DNA from: a virus
Taxonomy: Duplodnaviria > Caudoviricetes
Reading direction: 5' to 3' (one strand)
IMG/VR virus record: IMGVR_UViG_2648501420_000006
Span: 7,710 to 71,709 of that record
DNA: 64,000 nt
Shown: positions 41,717 to 51,568 of the stretch, in pieces
How positions within the stretch are numbered: the stretch's first letter is position 1
Layout: each line of letters starts with the position of its first letter
Notes under the pieces: model-generated
The model's input: the letters and a program-made list of their open reading frames with translations, nothing else
Database searches by the model: none
Told to the model about the DNA's origin: nothing
Position numbers and translations under genes: made by a program

Positions 41717-42013
41717 ATGAAAAAGAATGAATATGACTATGATCAGATGCTGTACAAGCTGCATCATTTGCAGGCATTATACAAAGTAGGATTTAGATAT
41801 ATTGCAAGAAATGAAAGCGGTGAGTTAAGAGCCTATACAGATAAGCCGCACAAAGAATTGAATTTCTGGTTTAATGGAAAACATGGTATATCTCATGTAC
41901 AAACGTTAGATCCTGATTGGTTTGAAGAATTGACTTGGCAGGATGATAAACCAGTTAAATTGAAATCGGTCATTGATGAGATTAAAGAAATGTTGAAACC
42001 AAAGGGAAATTAA
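41717..42013 (+). CDS. Hypothetical phage protein
   Basis: YIARNESGELRAYTDKP motif common in phage early proteins. Confidence 0.6.
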   Translation: MKKNEYDYDQMLYKLHHLQALYKVGFRYIARNESGELRAYTDKPHKELNFWFNGKHGISHVQTLDPDWFEELTWQDDKPVKLKSVIDEIKEMLKPKGN

Positions 42014-42014
42014 G

Positions 42015-42434
42015 ATGCTGACGAAAAAAGATAAGATAGAATACTTTAAACGAGAATGTAAAAACATGCACTACTACAAAGAAATGGTGAAGCAGTGCAA
42101 TGAGAAGCTTGAAGAACTAGCAAATGAAATTTTAGGTGTATCTTCACCTGCTGCTAAAGATGTTGTACTTGAAAACGCTGGTGATCCATATAAGAGCAAC
42201 AAGCTTTATTTAATTGTTGAAGAAGAAATGACAATGAAAGAGCGCGATGATTATCAAGCAAAGATTGACTATATCAATAGCAAACTGAAAGAAATTAAAA
42301 ATCCGGTAGGCTATGCAATGGTTACTGAACTACTTGTTGAAAGAACCAATCTTAATAAAATAGCATATAAGTATCATATGGATAGAAGCACAGTATGGCG
42401 GACAATCAATAGAATATTGTCAAAAATTTTGTAA
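42015..42434 (+). CDS. ArpU/RinA-like late transcriptional activator
   Basis: C-terminal HTH LNKIAYKYHMDRSTVWRTINR; last early gene. Confidence 0.75.
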   Translation: MLTKKDKIEYFKRECKNMHYYKEMVKQCNEKLEELANEILGVSSPAAKDVVLENAGDPYKSNKLYLIVEEEMTMKERDDYQAKIDYINSKLKEIKNPVGYAMVTELLVERTNLNKIAYKYHMDRSTVWRTINRILSKIL

Positions 42435-42472
42435 GTTGCAACACATTTCACGAAAAACCGTGTTAATATGAT
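42435..42472 (+). promoter_or_regulatory. Late promoter of prophage 2
   Basis: gttgcaac palindrome and TATGAT -10 at 42467. Confidence 0.5.
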
Positions 42473-42478
42473 AGTATG

Positions 42479-42630
42479 GAATTAGCAAGGAACAGTTCTC
42501 CCCCATATTACTTGCCTTGCTGATTCTCAAAATTACATAGCAATAGAGACTCTACGGAGCCTATTGCGTAAAAGCATCTATATCGGCTATACATCTAGTG
42601 TATGGTACGGGCATAGATGCTTTTATTTTG
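42479..42630 (+). ncRNA. Structured late leader / candidate sRNA (three hairpins)
   Basis: Stems 42479-90/42515-26, 42540-46/42561-67, 42570-81/42613-24 + U-tract. Confidence 0.4.
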
Positions 42631-42686
42631 GGTAGCTAAACAGCTGCCTTTTTTTGTTATTCGGCAACCCCGAAGGAGGAAAAGAT

Positions 42687-42899
42687 ATGAGTGATAAGAC
42701 ATTTGTTGATGAAACAAGAGCGCGTACCGGTGAACCTGTATCAATGATATGGAGTACCGTTAGTATGATCTATAACATGTCGATAAAGACTTGCTACGGT
42801 ATTGATTTTATTTATAGTGAGATACTCGCTATGCTTGATGATCGTGTGTGCTGGACATCAAGACAGGCTGCCAAGTTGCTGCTATCAGAGCATGACTAA
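42687..42899 (+). CDS. Hypothetical phage protein
   Basis: ggagga RBS before MSDKTF. Confidence 0.5.
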   Translation: MSDKTFVDETRARTGEPVSMIWSTVSMIYNMSIKTCYGIDFIYSEILAMLDDRVCWTSRQAAKLLLSEHD

Positions 42900-43083
42900 A
42901 GATGTACCTTGTTATCAATGCAGTGATAGGCACATTGGCTGTCACGGATCATGTAAGAGATATTGCAAATACAATGCTGACCGCAAAAAGATATAAAGAC
43001 AGCAGCAGAATCAATCGGCAGCAGATCATGAGGTGTCGAGCCATTGGTGCTATGACAGCAGATGCAGGAGGATAGCGTAATGC
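42892..43083 (+). CDS. Small Cys-rich phage protein (probably frameshifted)
   Basis: PCYQCSDRHIGCHGSCKRY motif. Confidence 0.5.
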
Positions 43084-43391
43084 CAAAATACAAAGGCAAA
43101 CGTTGGGAAGATAAGCGAGCGCACATATTAAGACGTGATAAACACTTATGCAGATTAAGTCTTAGATATGGTAAACGTGTAGATGCAACGGTAGTGCATC
43201 ATATCTACCCAGCGAGCGAATATCCGGAATACTTTTGGTGTGATTGGAATCTGATCTCTGTATCGGAGACTATGCACAATAAACTCCATGACAGAGTGAC
43301 AGGAAAGTTAACAGCACTTGGTGAGGATTTAAAAAGGAGGACAAAGATACCTGATGATAAAGTTAGTAGTAGGCTTGCCGGGAAGCGGTAA
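43080..43391 (+). CDS. HNH endonuclease (terminase accessory)
   Basis: ILRRDKHLCR, VVHHIYP, NLISV...HNKLH. Confidence 0.9.
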   Translation: MPKYKGKRWEDKRAHILRRDKHLCRLSLRYGKRVDATVVHHIYPASEYPEYFWCDWNLISVSETMHNKLHDRVTGKLTALGEDLKRRTKIPDDKVSSRLAGKR

Positions 43392-43803
43392 GACAACCTA
43401 TGTAAAGCAACACATGAGAGAGAACGATCTAGCTTATGACTTAGACTATTTAACAGCAGCCTTTAAATGCCGAGAAGCACACAGTAAAAGGAAACATATC
43501 TACATTACTGAAATGGTTAACGATATGCTTCCGTCAATCGCAGATAACTATTCATTCTACGGACTTGACGATCTGTATATCATACGCACAGCACCAACAC
43601 TTATAGAGTGCGAGACTATATCAAACTTAGGTGCTGACTTGATTATCATTGATACTCCATATGCTGAGTGCTTGGTAAGGATGAGAGAGCGGGCAGATAC
43701 AGATGAAAGCGAGCTGCCATTTATAAAGAAGAGGTTTGATAGGTTTATGGATAGAGTCAATGAATATGAATGGAACAGCGTATCCCCCCACCCAAAGCCT
43801 TAA
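43354..43803 (+). CDS. P-loop kinase/AAA-like protein
   Basis: VVGLPGSGKTTY, AYDLD, IDTPYAECLVR. Confidence 0.8.
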   Translation: MIKLVVGLPGSGKTTYVKQHMRENDLAYDLDYLTAAFKCREAHSKRKHIYITEMVNDMLPSIADNYSFYGLDDLYIIRTAPTLIECETISNLGADLIIIDTPYAECLVRMRERADTDESELPFIKKRFDRFMDRVNEYEWNSVSPHPKP

Positions 43804-43860
43804 ATCATAGGCTTTTAGGGACCGAAGAGGGATAAGTTTTTCCAATAGAGCAACAGTTTA
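43781..43860. other. Candidate cos region of prophage 2
   Basis: cccccc...gggaccgaagagggataagtttttcc between HNH/AAA and terS. Confidence 0.55.
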
Positions 43861-43891
43861 TAAAATTTTTTTAAGGAGGTGAACACAGTGA

Positions 43892-44227
43892 ATGACAAAG
43901 AAAAGCGTTACCGAAGCCATGAAAGCAATGAATACTTATAAGCCCGAGTTTGAGCCAATTATCGAGATTTATGTCGGTTTGAATAATCAGTATAAGAAAT
44001 TGCTGACGCAATTCAAAGCAGTGGGGTATAAAGTGGAAGAAAGTACAGGTTATTCCGATAATTCAAAGAAATCTCCGTTAGTTTCAACTATGGAAAATCT
44101 GCGAAAAGACATTTTAAAGTATGCGAATGAGCTTGGATTGACGCCTGCAGGGTTGAAGCGACTTAATGAAAAGAACAAAACAAAATCAGCCGGTGGTAAT
44201 TTCTTGGATTCGCTGCTGAATGGATAA
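43892..44227 (+). CDS. terS: Terminase small subunit (P27 family)
   Basis: KSPLVSTMENLRKDILKYANELGLTPAGLKR. Confidence 0.9.
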   Translation: MTKKSVTEAMKAMNTYKPEFEPIIEIYVGLNNQYKKLLTQFKAVGYKVEESTGYSDNSKKSPLVSTMENLRKDILKYANELGLTPAGLKRLNEKNKTKSAGGNFLDSLLNG

Positions 44228-45999
44228 GAGCAATCACCTTTTTAAAAATCATGGCGTTGTTTTTGGCTATGTTGAAAGTATATTAAACGAAACAAAAGTT
44301 GCTTGTCATGAATTAAAACAAGGTTGTGAAAGGTTCAAAGAAGATTTGAACAATTCTATTTATGACTTTGATCCTACTGACGCAGAATTTGTAATCAATA
44401 TTATTGAACGAACATTTAAACATCAACAGGGTGAGCGCTTAGACGGTACGTCGTTAAGGGGTTTGCCTTTTTTGTTAGAGCCGTTTCATAAATTTATTGT
44501 TTATAATCTGCTCGGTTTCTACAAGACCGGTACTCATATAAGGAGGTTTCATGAAGCATTCATTTTCATACCAAGAAAGAATATCAAAACTTCATTCGCT
44601 GCCGCCTTAGCCTTTGGCTTAGGTATGCTTGAACGACGTAGCGGTTCAAAGTTTATATTGTGGCAGCTGCCTTAAAACAATCATTGGAGAGCTTCGATTT
44701 TATCAATTACAATGCTCACCTGATGGGGCTTGATGAGGATGATAACTGGCGAATCATTGACAATAACCAAGAGCATTCGATCAATGGTTTATTTTCTGAT
44801 GGTTCACTTTATATTCAAGCGTTGGCAGCTAATCCGGATAAGCAGGATTCACTTAACTGCAATATTGGCATTGCTGATGAATTACATGCCTATAAAAATG
44901 CAAAGCAGTACAACATCATCAAAGAAGCGATGAAAGCTTATACAAACAAGCTGATGATAGGCATTACTACTGCCGGTGATAACATGACATCGTTTTGTTA
45001 TAACCGATTGAAATATTGTCAAAAGATTTTAAACAAAACTTTCAAAGATGAACAGTATTTTATATTTATCTGTAAAGCGCCGGAAGACGAAAATGGCGAA
45101 GTAGATTATCTTAACCCTGTGGTGCATGAGATGGCTAACCCTGCTTATGGTGTATCGATCCGTCCTGAGGATATTATGAATGATGCCGTACAAGCTCAAA
45201 ATGATCCGCAGCAAAGAAAAGACTTTTTTGCAAAGTCCCTTAACGTGTTTACGGCAGCCTTAAAAGCCTATTTCAATATCGATGAATTTAGAAAAAGTGA
45301 CAGTCATTATGACTGGTCAATTGATGAATTGGCTAAGCTTCCGATAACTTGGTATGGCGGTACTGACTTGTCGAAATTGCATGACTTGACCGCAGCTTGC
45401 CTTTATGGAACGTACTTCGGCTATCAACGTGATGATGGAAAGTAGTGGATGTTGATATAGTTATATCTCACGCTTGGTTTCCGATAACAACAGCAGCCAA
45501 GAAAGCGGATGAAGATAACATTCCTTTATTCGGATGGCAGGATGATAAATGGTTGACAATGAGCAACAACCCTACCGTTAATTATGCTGAGATTGTTAAC
45601 TGGTATGTTGATATGCGAAAACGAGGTTTTAAAATAAAAGAAATTGGGCATGACAAGAAGTTTTGTCGTGAATATTTTATAGCGATGAAAAAAGCTAAGT
45701 TTAAGATTGTTGATCAGCCACAATATTTTTATGTAAAATCTGAGGGCTTCAGACACATTGAGGTTAAAGTGAAGAATGAAGAATTTTACTATCTGCACTC
45801 ACAGGCTTATGAATACTGCGTACAGAATGTGAGAGCAATCGAAAAGACAGATGATATGATCCAATATGAAAAAGTAGAACCGGAGCAAAGGATAGACATA
45901 TTCGACTGCTCCGTTTTTGGTTGTGCGAGAATGCTTGCAAACATGGAAGGTAAGAAACTAGATAACTGGTTTAAAAAAGGAGGTGAAAGCGATGAGTAA
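44220..45999 (+). CDS. terL: Terminase large subunit (frameshifts near 44655 and 45440)
   Basis: [44 protein letters not shown]. Confidence 0.95.
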
Positions 46000-47180
46000 A
46001 AGAAAAGGTAAAAAAACAAAGAGCTGAGCCACAAACTGAAAAGAGCTATGTCGGCTTATGGATGGCGGGCAAAGAAGATATTTTACGAATCCCCGGATAT
46101 ACTTCATTGGCAAAGAATGAAGAAATCAGAAGATGTGTTCATAAGGTGGCTAACTTAGTATCCAGTATGACGATCAAATTATATGAAAACGGTGACAACG
46201 GTGATCACAGAATCAAAAACGAGCTGTCAAGAAAGATAGACATCAACCCTAACAAATATCTAAATCGAAAGAATTTCATTTATAGGATCGTTACCGACAT
46301 GATGATCTATGGTAACAGTGTATTGATCCCTCACTATAAAGATGTTTATCTTGATGATTTGGAAATCTGTAAAATGGATGCTGTTTCATTTCATGAGACT
46401 GACGGAAGTTACCAAATACGGTATAAGGGAAAAGCTTATGGTCCTGATGAAGTCATTCATATACCGTGGATACCTGATGATGATAAACCGTGGCAGGGAC
46501 AAGGGTATGCGCTGATGTTTAAAGAAGTGCTTATGAATTTAGCACAAGCCAACGCAACAAAGACCGGCTTCTTAAAATCGAAATGGAAACCCTCTGTAAT
46601 CATCAGTATTGAATCTGATGTCGAAGAACTGCAAGACGGTGAAAAGCGGAAACAGATCATCAACAGCTATACCGATGATACAGAAGCGGGCGAACCGTGG
46701 CTGATACCTGCAGGCGAGATCGAAGTAAAAGAGATACGTCCTTTAACGCTCAATGATTTGGCGATACAGGACAGTATTACTTTAGATAAAAGGACGGTAG
46801 CTGCTTGTATAGGTATGCCACCGTTCATGGTTGGTATCGGCGAATTTAAAAAAGATGCTTATAACAATTTTATCAATAATGAGGTCATGGGATTTGCTGA
46901 AGTGATTGCACAGAAATTCACCTCGCAATTATTGTTATCTCCGCATTGGTATTTCAAGTTCAGCCGGCAGAGTCTTATGCAGTATGATCTTGCAGAATTA
47001 TCATCATTCACAAATTCGTTAGTTCAGATTGGATCACTGAATCGAAATGAGCAGCGCGGCTATTTTGATCTTGAACCGAAAGAAGGGCTGGATGAATACA
47101 CACCGCTTGAGAATTACATACCAGTTGCAGACTTAGGCAATCAAAAGAAACTAAATAAAGGGGGTGATGATGATGAATAG
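45992..47180 (+). CDS. Portal protein (HK97 family; frameshift near 5' end)
   Basis: [34 protein letters not shown]. Confidence 0.92.
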
Positions 47181-47750
47181 AAAAGAAAAGGTACTACGGT
47201 CACTGAATGTTAATTTTAAACGCAGTGATCAAGAGGAGCGTATGATCGAGGGCTACTTTGCTTTATATGAAGCTGAGACAGAACTTTATGAAGGTGTATA
47301 TGAAATTATTTCTCGGGGTGCATTTGTCGAAACTTTAAATAAAGATGTTCGTGCGTTGTGGAATCATGACACTATGAAAATCTTAGGAAGAAGCGTAAAC
47401 GGCACGCTCGAATTAAAGGAAGATGAAAAGGGTTTATTTGCACGGTTCAAATTACCTAACACATCATATGCTGATGACTTGTTAGAGCTTGTCAAAAACG
47501 GATACGTTAATCAAGCTTCTTTCGGCTTTTATATAGAAGATGAAGAGCTTGAAGAATTAGCGAGCGGTGCAGTGCGTTGGCGAATCAACAAGATTGATTT
47601 GTTTGAGGTGTCGGTCGTTACCTTTCCAGCCTACGAAAATACATGCGTGAGCGCCCGATCTGCAGAAGTTGAAGAAATGAAAAAGCGTAAAATTGACACG
47701 CGAAAAGTCGAACTAAAAAAAGAATGGAGGAACTTAAATGTCAGCATTAA
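47170..47750 (+). CDS. HK97-family prohead protease
   Basis: EGYFALY, ALWNHD, ILGRS, SFGF, EVSVVTFPAYE. Confidence 0.92.
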
Positions 47751-49002
47751 AACAATTAAGAATCAATACAAAGCTGAAGCAGCTGCGAGAACAGCAAAAA
47801 GTATTGAATGAAAAAATCGCAGGGTATGAAAAACGTACCGCAGAACTCGAAACGGCATTAGATGAAGCTGCTACTGATGAAGATATGAGTCTGGTCAGCG
47901 AACAGCTGGAATCTTTAGAAAATGAAATGAAAGAAGCCGATGCCGAAAATAAAAAGACGGAAATCGAAGAACAGATCCGTCAGTTAGAAGAAGAACTGGA
48001 TGCAATCGGCAAGGAAACCCCAAAAGCAGCGAAGACAGAAGAAAGAGAGGCTAACATGAATAAATATCAAGTAAGAGATTTATTAAAGACAGGAGCATAT
48101 TACGAACGCTCGGAAGTTAAAGAATTTTATGAGAAACTAAAGAATATCCGATCAATGGGCGGCAGTGATTTGACAATTCCACAAGTAATTATTAACCGAA
48201 TCATGGATATCTTCGGAGATTACACGACGTTGTATCAGTTGGTTGAAAAATTAGATTAACAGGAAAAGGACGCATTCTGTTAGATAAAGACACTGACGAA
48301 GCTACATGGATCGAGCAGACAGGAACTATTCCGGTAGGCGACGTCGGAACTGTGACAAATATCGATTTTGACGGTTTCAAAGTAGGGAAGATTGTATTCA
48401 TCGACAATTCATTGATTCAGGATTCAATCATTAATGTTGACGATTATGTTGTTAAAAAGATCGCTCGAGCTTTAGCTAAGGCATTGGATAAAGCAATCTT
48501 AAAAGGGGAAGGCGCTGCGAAAAAACAACCAGAAGGAATTTTAACTAAACTATCAGAAGATCATAAAGTGACTTTGGCAAATCCAAAACTTCCCGAAGTA
48601 TTGAAACAGATCAAATTAATTGATACGGGTGATGATTCGGTGGGTGAAATTGTCGCAGTCATGAAGCGTACCACTTATTATGATAAATTCCTTGATTATA
48701 CAATCAATGTTGATGCAAGCGGTAATGTAGTTGGAAAATTGCCGAACTTGAACAACCTAAACTTATGCGGGTTGAAGGTTGTCTTTAATCAGAACATGGA
48801 TAACGACGCTGTATTATTCGGAGACTTCACTCAATATACGTTAGTTGAGCGCGAGGACATCACAATTGATAATTCTGTGCATGTAAAATTCGCAGAAGAT
48901 CAGACGGCGTTCAGAGGCAAGGGACGATTTGATGGTAAACCGGTTAGACCGGATGCGTTTGTGTTGGTAACAATCACGGAAACAGCGCCGGCGGGGGAAT
49001 AG
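47738..49002 (+). CDS. Major capsid protein, HK97 fold (frameshift near 48250)
   Basis: Coiled-coil delta domain, ATWIEQ, AILKGEG..QPEGIL, LFGDFTQY, RFDGKP. Confidence 0.92.
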
Positions 49003-49153
49003 CCGCTGCTTACCCATTGAGCCGGTCAACACCTGATTTGAGCAGTATGACAAAAGCAGAATTGCTTGATTATGCTGCTCAGTGTGGCGTTGACGGGGTA
49101 AGCGGCAGTATGACTAAGGCTGCAATCATCGAACGTATTACGGAGGCGATGTA

Positions 49154-49429
49154 ATGGAAACTATCCTAATGCTGTTAAAAACTGATTTAGGTATAAAACA
49201 TGATAAACGCGATGAATATTTCAGGGTTTTAATCAGTTCAACGATATCTCAGCTGAAGCGCAAAGGAATTATTTCTAAAGGCGATGGTGATTTGGATTAT
49301 ACGCTGCTAGTCGCTGATTTAGCAGCGTGGTCATATCGTAATCGTCAAGAGAATATGCCGATGGCAGAAAATCTAAAGCAAAGAATCAGAGATAGAATTG
49401 TAGGTAATAGAGCCAATGCCAACCAATAG
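49154..49429 (+). CDS. Head-tail connector
   Basis: LLKTDLGI...DEYF; position. Confidence 0.75.
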   Translation: METILMLLKTDLGIKHDKRDEYFRVLISSTISQLKRKGIISKGDGDLDYTLLVADLAAWSYRNRQENMPMAENLKQRIRDRIVGNRANANQ

Positions 49430-49733
49430 AAAAAAGCCATCTCTTGATGATGTTTGCATTTTGATAGCTGCACGATATGGATTTGATGAATATAGAAATC
49501 AAATTGAAATCGAACCGGAGAGAACAGAAATATATTGTGGCTATTCGGATCTGTATACAAATGAATTTTATAAGGCAGCAGTACAAGATTTAAAAGTAAG
49601 TATGGTTCTGATCATTGATGCAGAATCATATAACGGCGAGAAAAAGCTTGAATATGATGGTATCGAATACACAATTATCAGAACGTATGAGCGAGAAGAT
49701 GGGTTGCTGGAGGTGACTTGTGGCGAAAAATGA
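49416..49733 (+). CDS. Head closure protein
   Basis: NEFYKAAVQDLK...Y.GEK..EYDG..Y.IIRTY. Confidence 0.75.
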   Translation: MPTNRKKPSLDDVCILIAARYGFDEYRNQIEIEPERTEIYCGYSDLYTNEFYKAAVQDLKVSMVLIIDAESYNGEKKLEYDGIEYTIIRTYEREDGLLEVTCGEK

Positions 49734-50100
49734 AACTGTTGATATTGAAGGATTGACCGCAGTATTGTTACAGAAATACAGCGAGTATACAGATGATAAG
49801 TGTGAAAAGGCTGCAGAGATCACAAAGCAAACAGGAAAAGAGATGGTAAAAGCCATCAAGGATGATTCACCGGTTAAAACCGGTGTTTATCGTGATGGTT
49901 GGGCAGCTGAAATTGAACAAGGCAAAGGGTTTACAAAGATCATTGGCAAAAACAAGAAAAAGCCACAACTTACTCACATTTTGCAGAACGGTCATGCCAA
50001 GACGAACGGTGGTCGTGTCCCTGGTGTTGATCATATCAGAAAAAATGAAAAAAAGTACAACGAACTACTGCTTGAAAGGGTAGAGGAAGTTTTAAAATGA
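49720..50100 (+). CDS. HK97 gp10-like protein
   Basis: SPVKTG.Y..GW, LTHILQNGHAKTNGGRV. Confidence 0.85.
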   Translation: MAKNETVDIEGLTAVLLQKYSEYTDDKCEKAAEITKQTGKEMVKAIKDDSPVKTGVYRDGWAAEIEQGKGFTKIIGKNKKKPQLTHILQNGHAKTNGGRVPGVDHIRKNEKKYNELLLERVEEVLK

Positions 50101-50420
50101 AGCTAGAAGAATTAATAAAAGAGTTAAAAGCAATCGGCATTCCGGTTTCTTTTTCACACTTTAAAGAAAAGCAAACCGGTGATTATATCATCTATACGTT
50201 TAAACGTTCAGCAAGTGGCAGCGATCATGTGAACGAATTAGAAGAATATGATTACCGCATTGAATTGTATACGGCGATCAAGAACGTTGCACTCGAAGAT
50301 AAAGTCACAAGCTTTCTTGATGAACTGGGTACAGATTATGAGATTTATGAATCAGTATATATAGAGGATGAAGATGTGTTCATGACCGTCATTTCATTCT
50401 CTTTTTTAACAAGAAAATAA
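50097..50420 (+). CDS. Tail terminator protein
   Basis: Position; GIPVSFSHF, YRIELYT. Confidence 0.7.
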   Translation: MKLEELIKELKAIGIPVSFSHFKEKQTGDYIIYTFKRSASGSDHVNELEEYDYRIELYTAIKNVALEDKVTSFLDELGTDYEIYESVYIEDEDVFMTVISFSFLTRK

Positions 50421-50430
50421 GGAGGAAAGT

Positions 50431-50985
50431 ATGACAGAAGAAAAGAAATACAACGATCCAATCGTTCTAGGCAGCGGCAGAATTTATGTAGATGTATACG
50501 ATGGAATAACTGTTCCGAATGTCGCAGATATCGAAAAAGATGAAAAAGAATTAGGTAATATTTCGGGCGGTGCTACGCTGGAAGCTGCTGAAACTTTTTA
50601 TACCGCTAAAGATGATTTGGACAAGATAAGACGTAAGAAAATGACAGGTGATGAGTACACATTATCAACCGGTATCATGACAATTAATGCAGGTGTTCTC
50701 GAAAAAACATTATCAACGGTAAATGTGTCTGAAAATACAGAACGAGGTACAAAAGAATTGAAATTAGGCGGCGTCTCACATTACAAAGAACAACGATATA
50801 TCTTCCTTTTTGTTAATGAGGATAAAGATGTTCGTATCATGCTTTTGGGATCAAATGAAGCCGGACTAACACTTCAATTCATGAAAGACAAAGAAACGGT
50901 GATCAACCAAAAAATCGTGGGTGAGCCTTTCCCTGACGGTCATAAAGTGATCATTGAACTGGGTGTTCCGAAAGTGGCGGCATAA
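50431..50985 (+). CDS. Major tail protein
   Basis: IVLGSGRIY, LGNISGGATL, KELKLGG. Confidence 0.8.
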   Translation: MTEEKKYNDPIVLGSGRIYVDVYDGITVPNVADIEKDEKELGNISGGATLEAAETFYTAKDDLDKIRRKKMTGDEYTLSTGIMTINAGVLEKTLSTVNVSENTERGTKELKLGGVSHYKEQRYIFLFVNEDKDVRIMLLGSNEAGLTLQFMKDKETVINQKIVGEPFPDGHKVIIELGVPKVAA

Positions 50986-51568
50986 TGAAAAGCAGTGTCG
51001 ATTTTACCCAAGTCAACAAGCAAACGTATGAGATTGTTGAAAAAGGCGGTAAGAAAATAAACATCTTACCGCCAACTATTACTATGATGGCAGATATTGA
51101 ATTATTAAGAAAAGAACAGCCGTTAGACACAGTGATTGAAATCTTTGCAAAGATATTAAGTCACAATCAACAGCACATAGTGTTTGATGATAAATATGTG
51201 CGCGATAATTACAGCATTATAGATATTAAAGCGGTCGTTAATGACTACGATCTGTTTGCTGCCGAGGTAATTAGCAACCCAAACTAGCGCCCCCGATCAT
51301 GCCAAACAGCTCTGATGCGGATGATCCGGGGATTTATGCAGAGACGGTTAATTTTCATTTGGTATCAAAGTATACAGGTTTAAATTTCAAAGAAATCAGA
51401 GATTTACAGATTGATGATTTCCTTCAGTATCAGCGTGATGCTTTTATTCTGAACAAGATGCAGACGTTTGAAGGACTTCGGTATTTGAAAGATTATACTT
51501 CTTTACATAATAAAAAAACAGATAAAAAAGCATTACAAAAACTGATAGGAGGTGAAGTTGATGGCTAA
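50985..51568 (+). CDS. Tail assembly chaperone G (50985-51287) / GT via -1 frameshift
   Basis: Canonical slippery heptamer C CCA AAC (51278-51284) before TAG; the -1 frame is open into 51299-51568. Confidence 0.85.
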
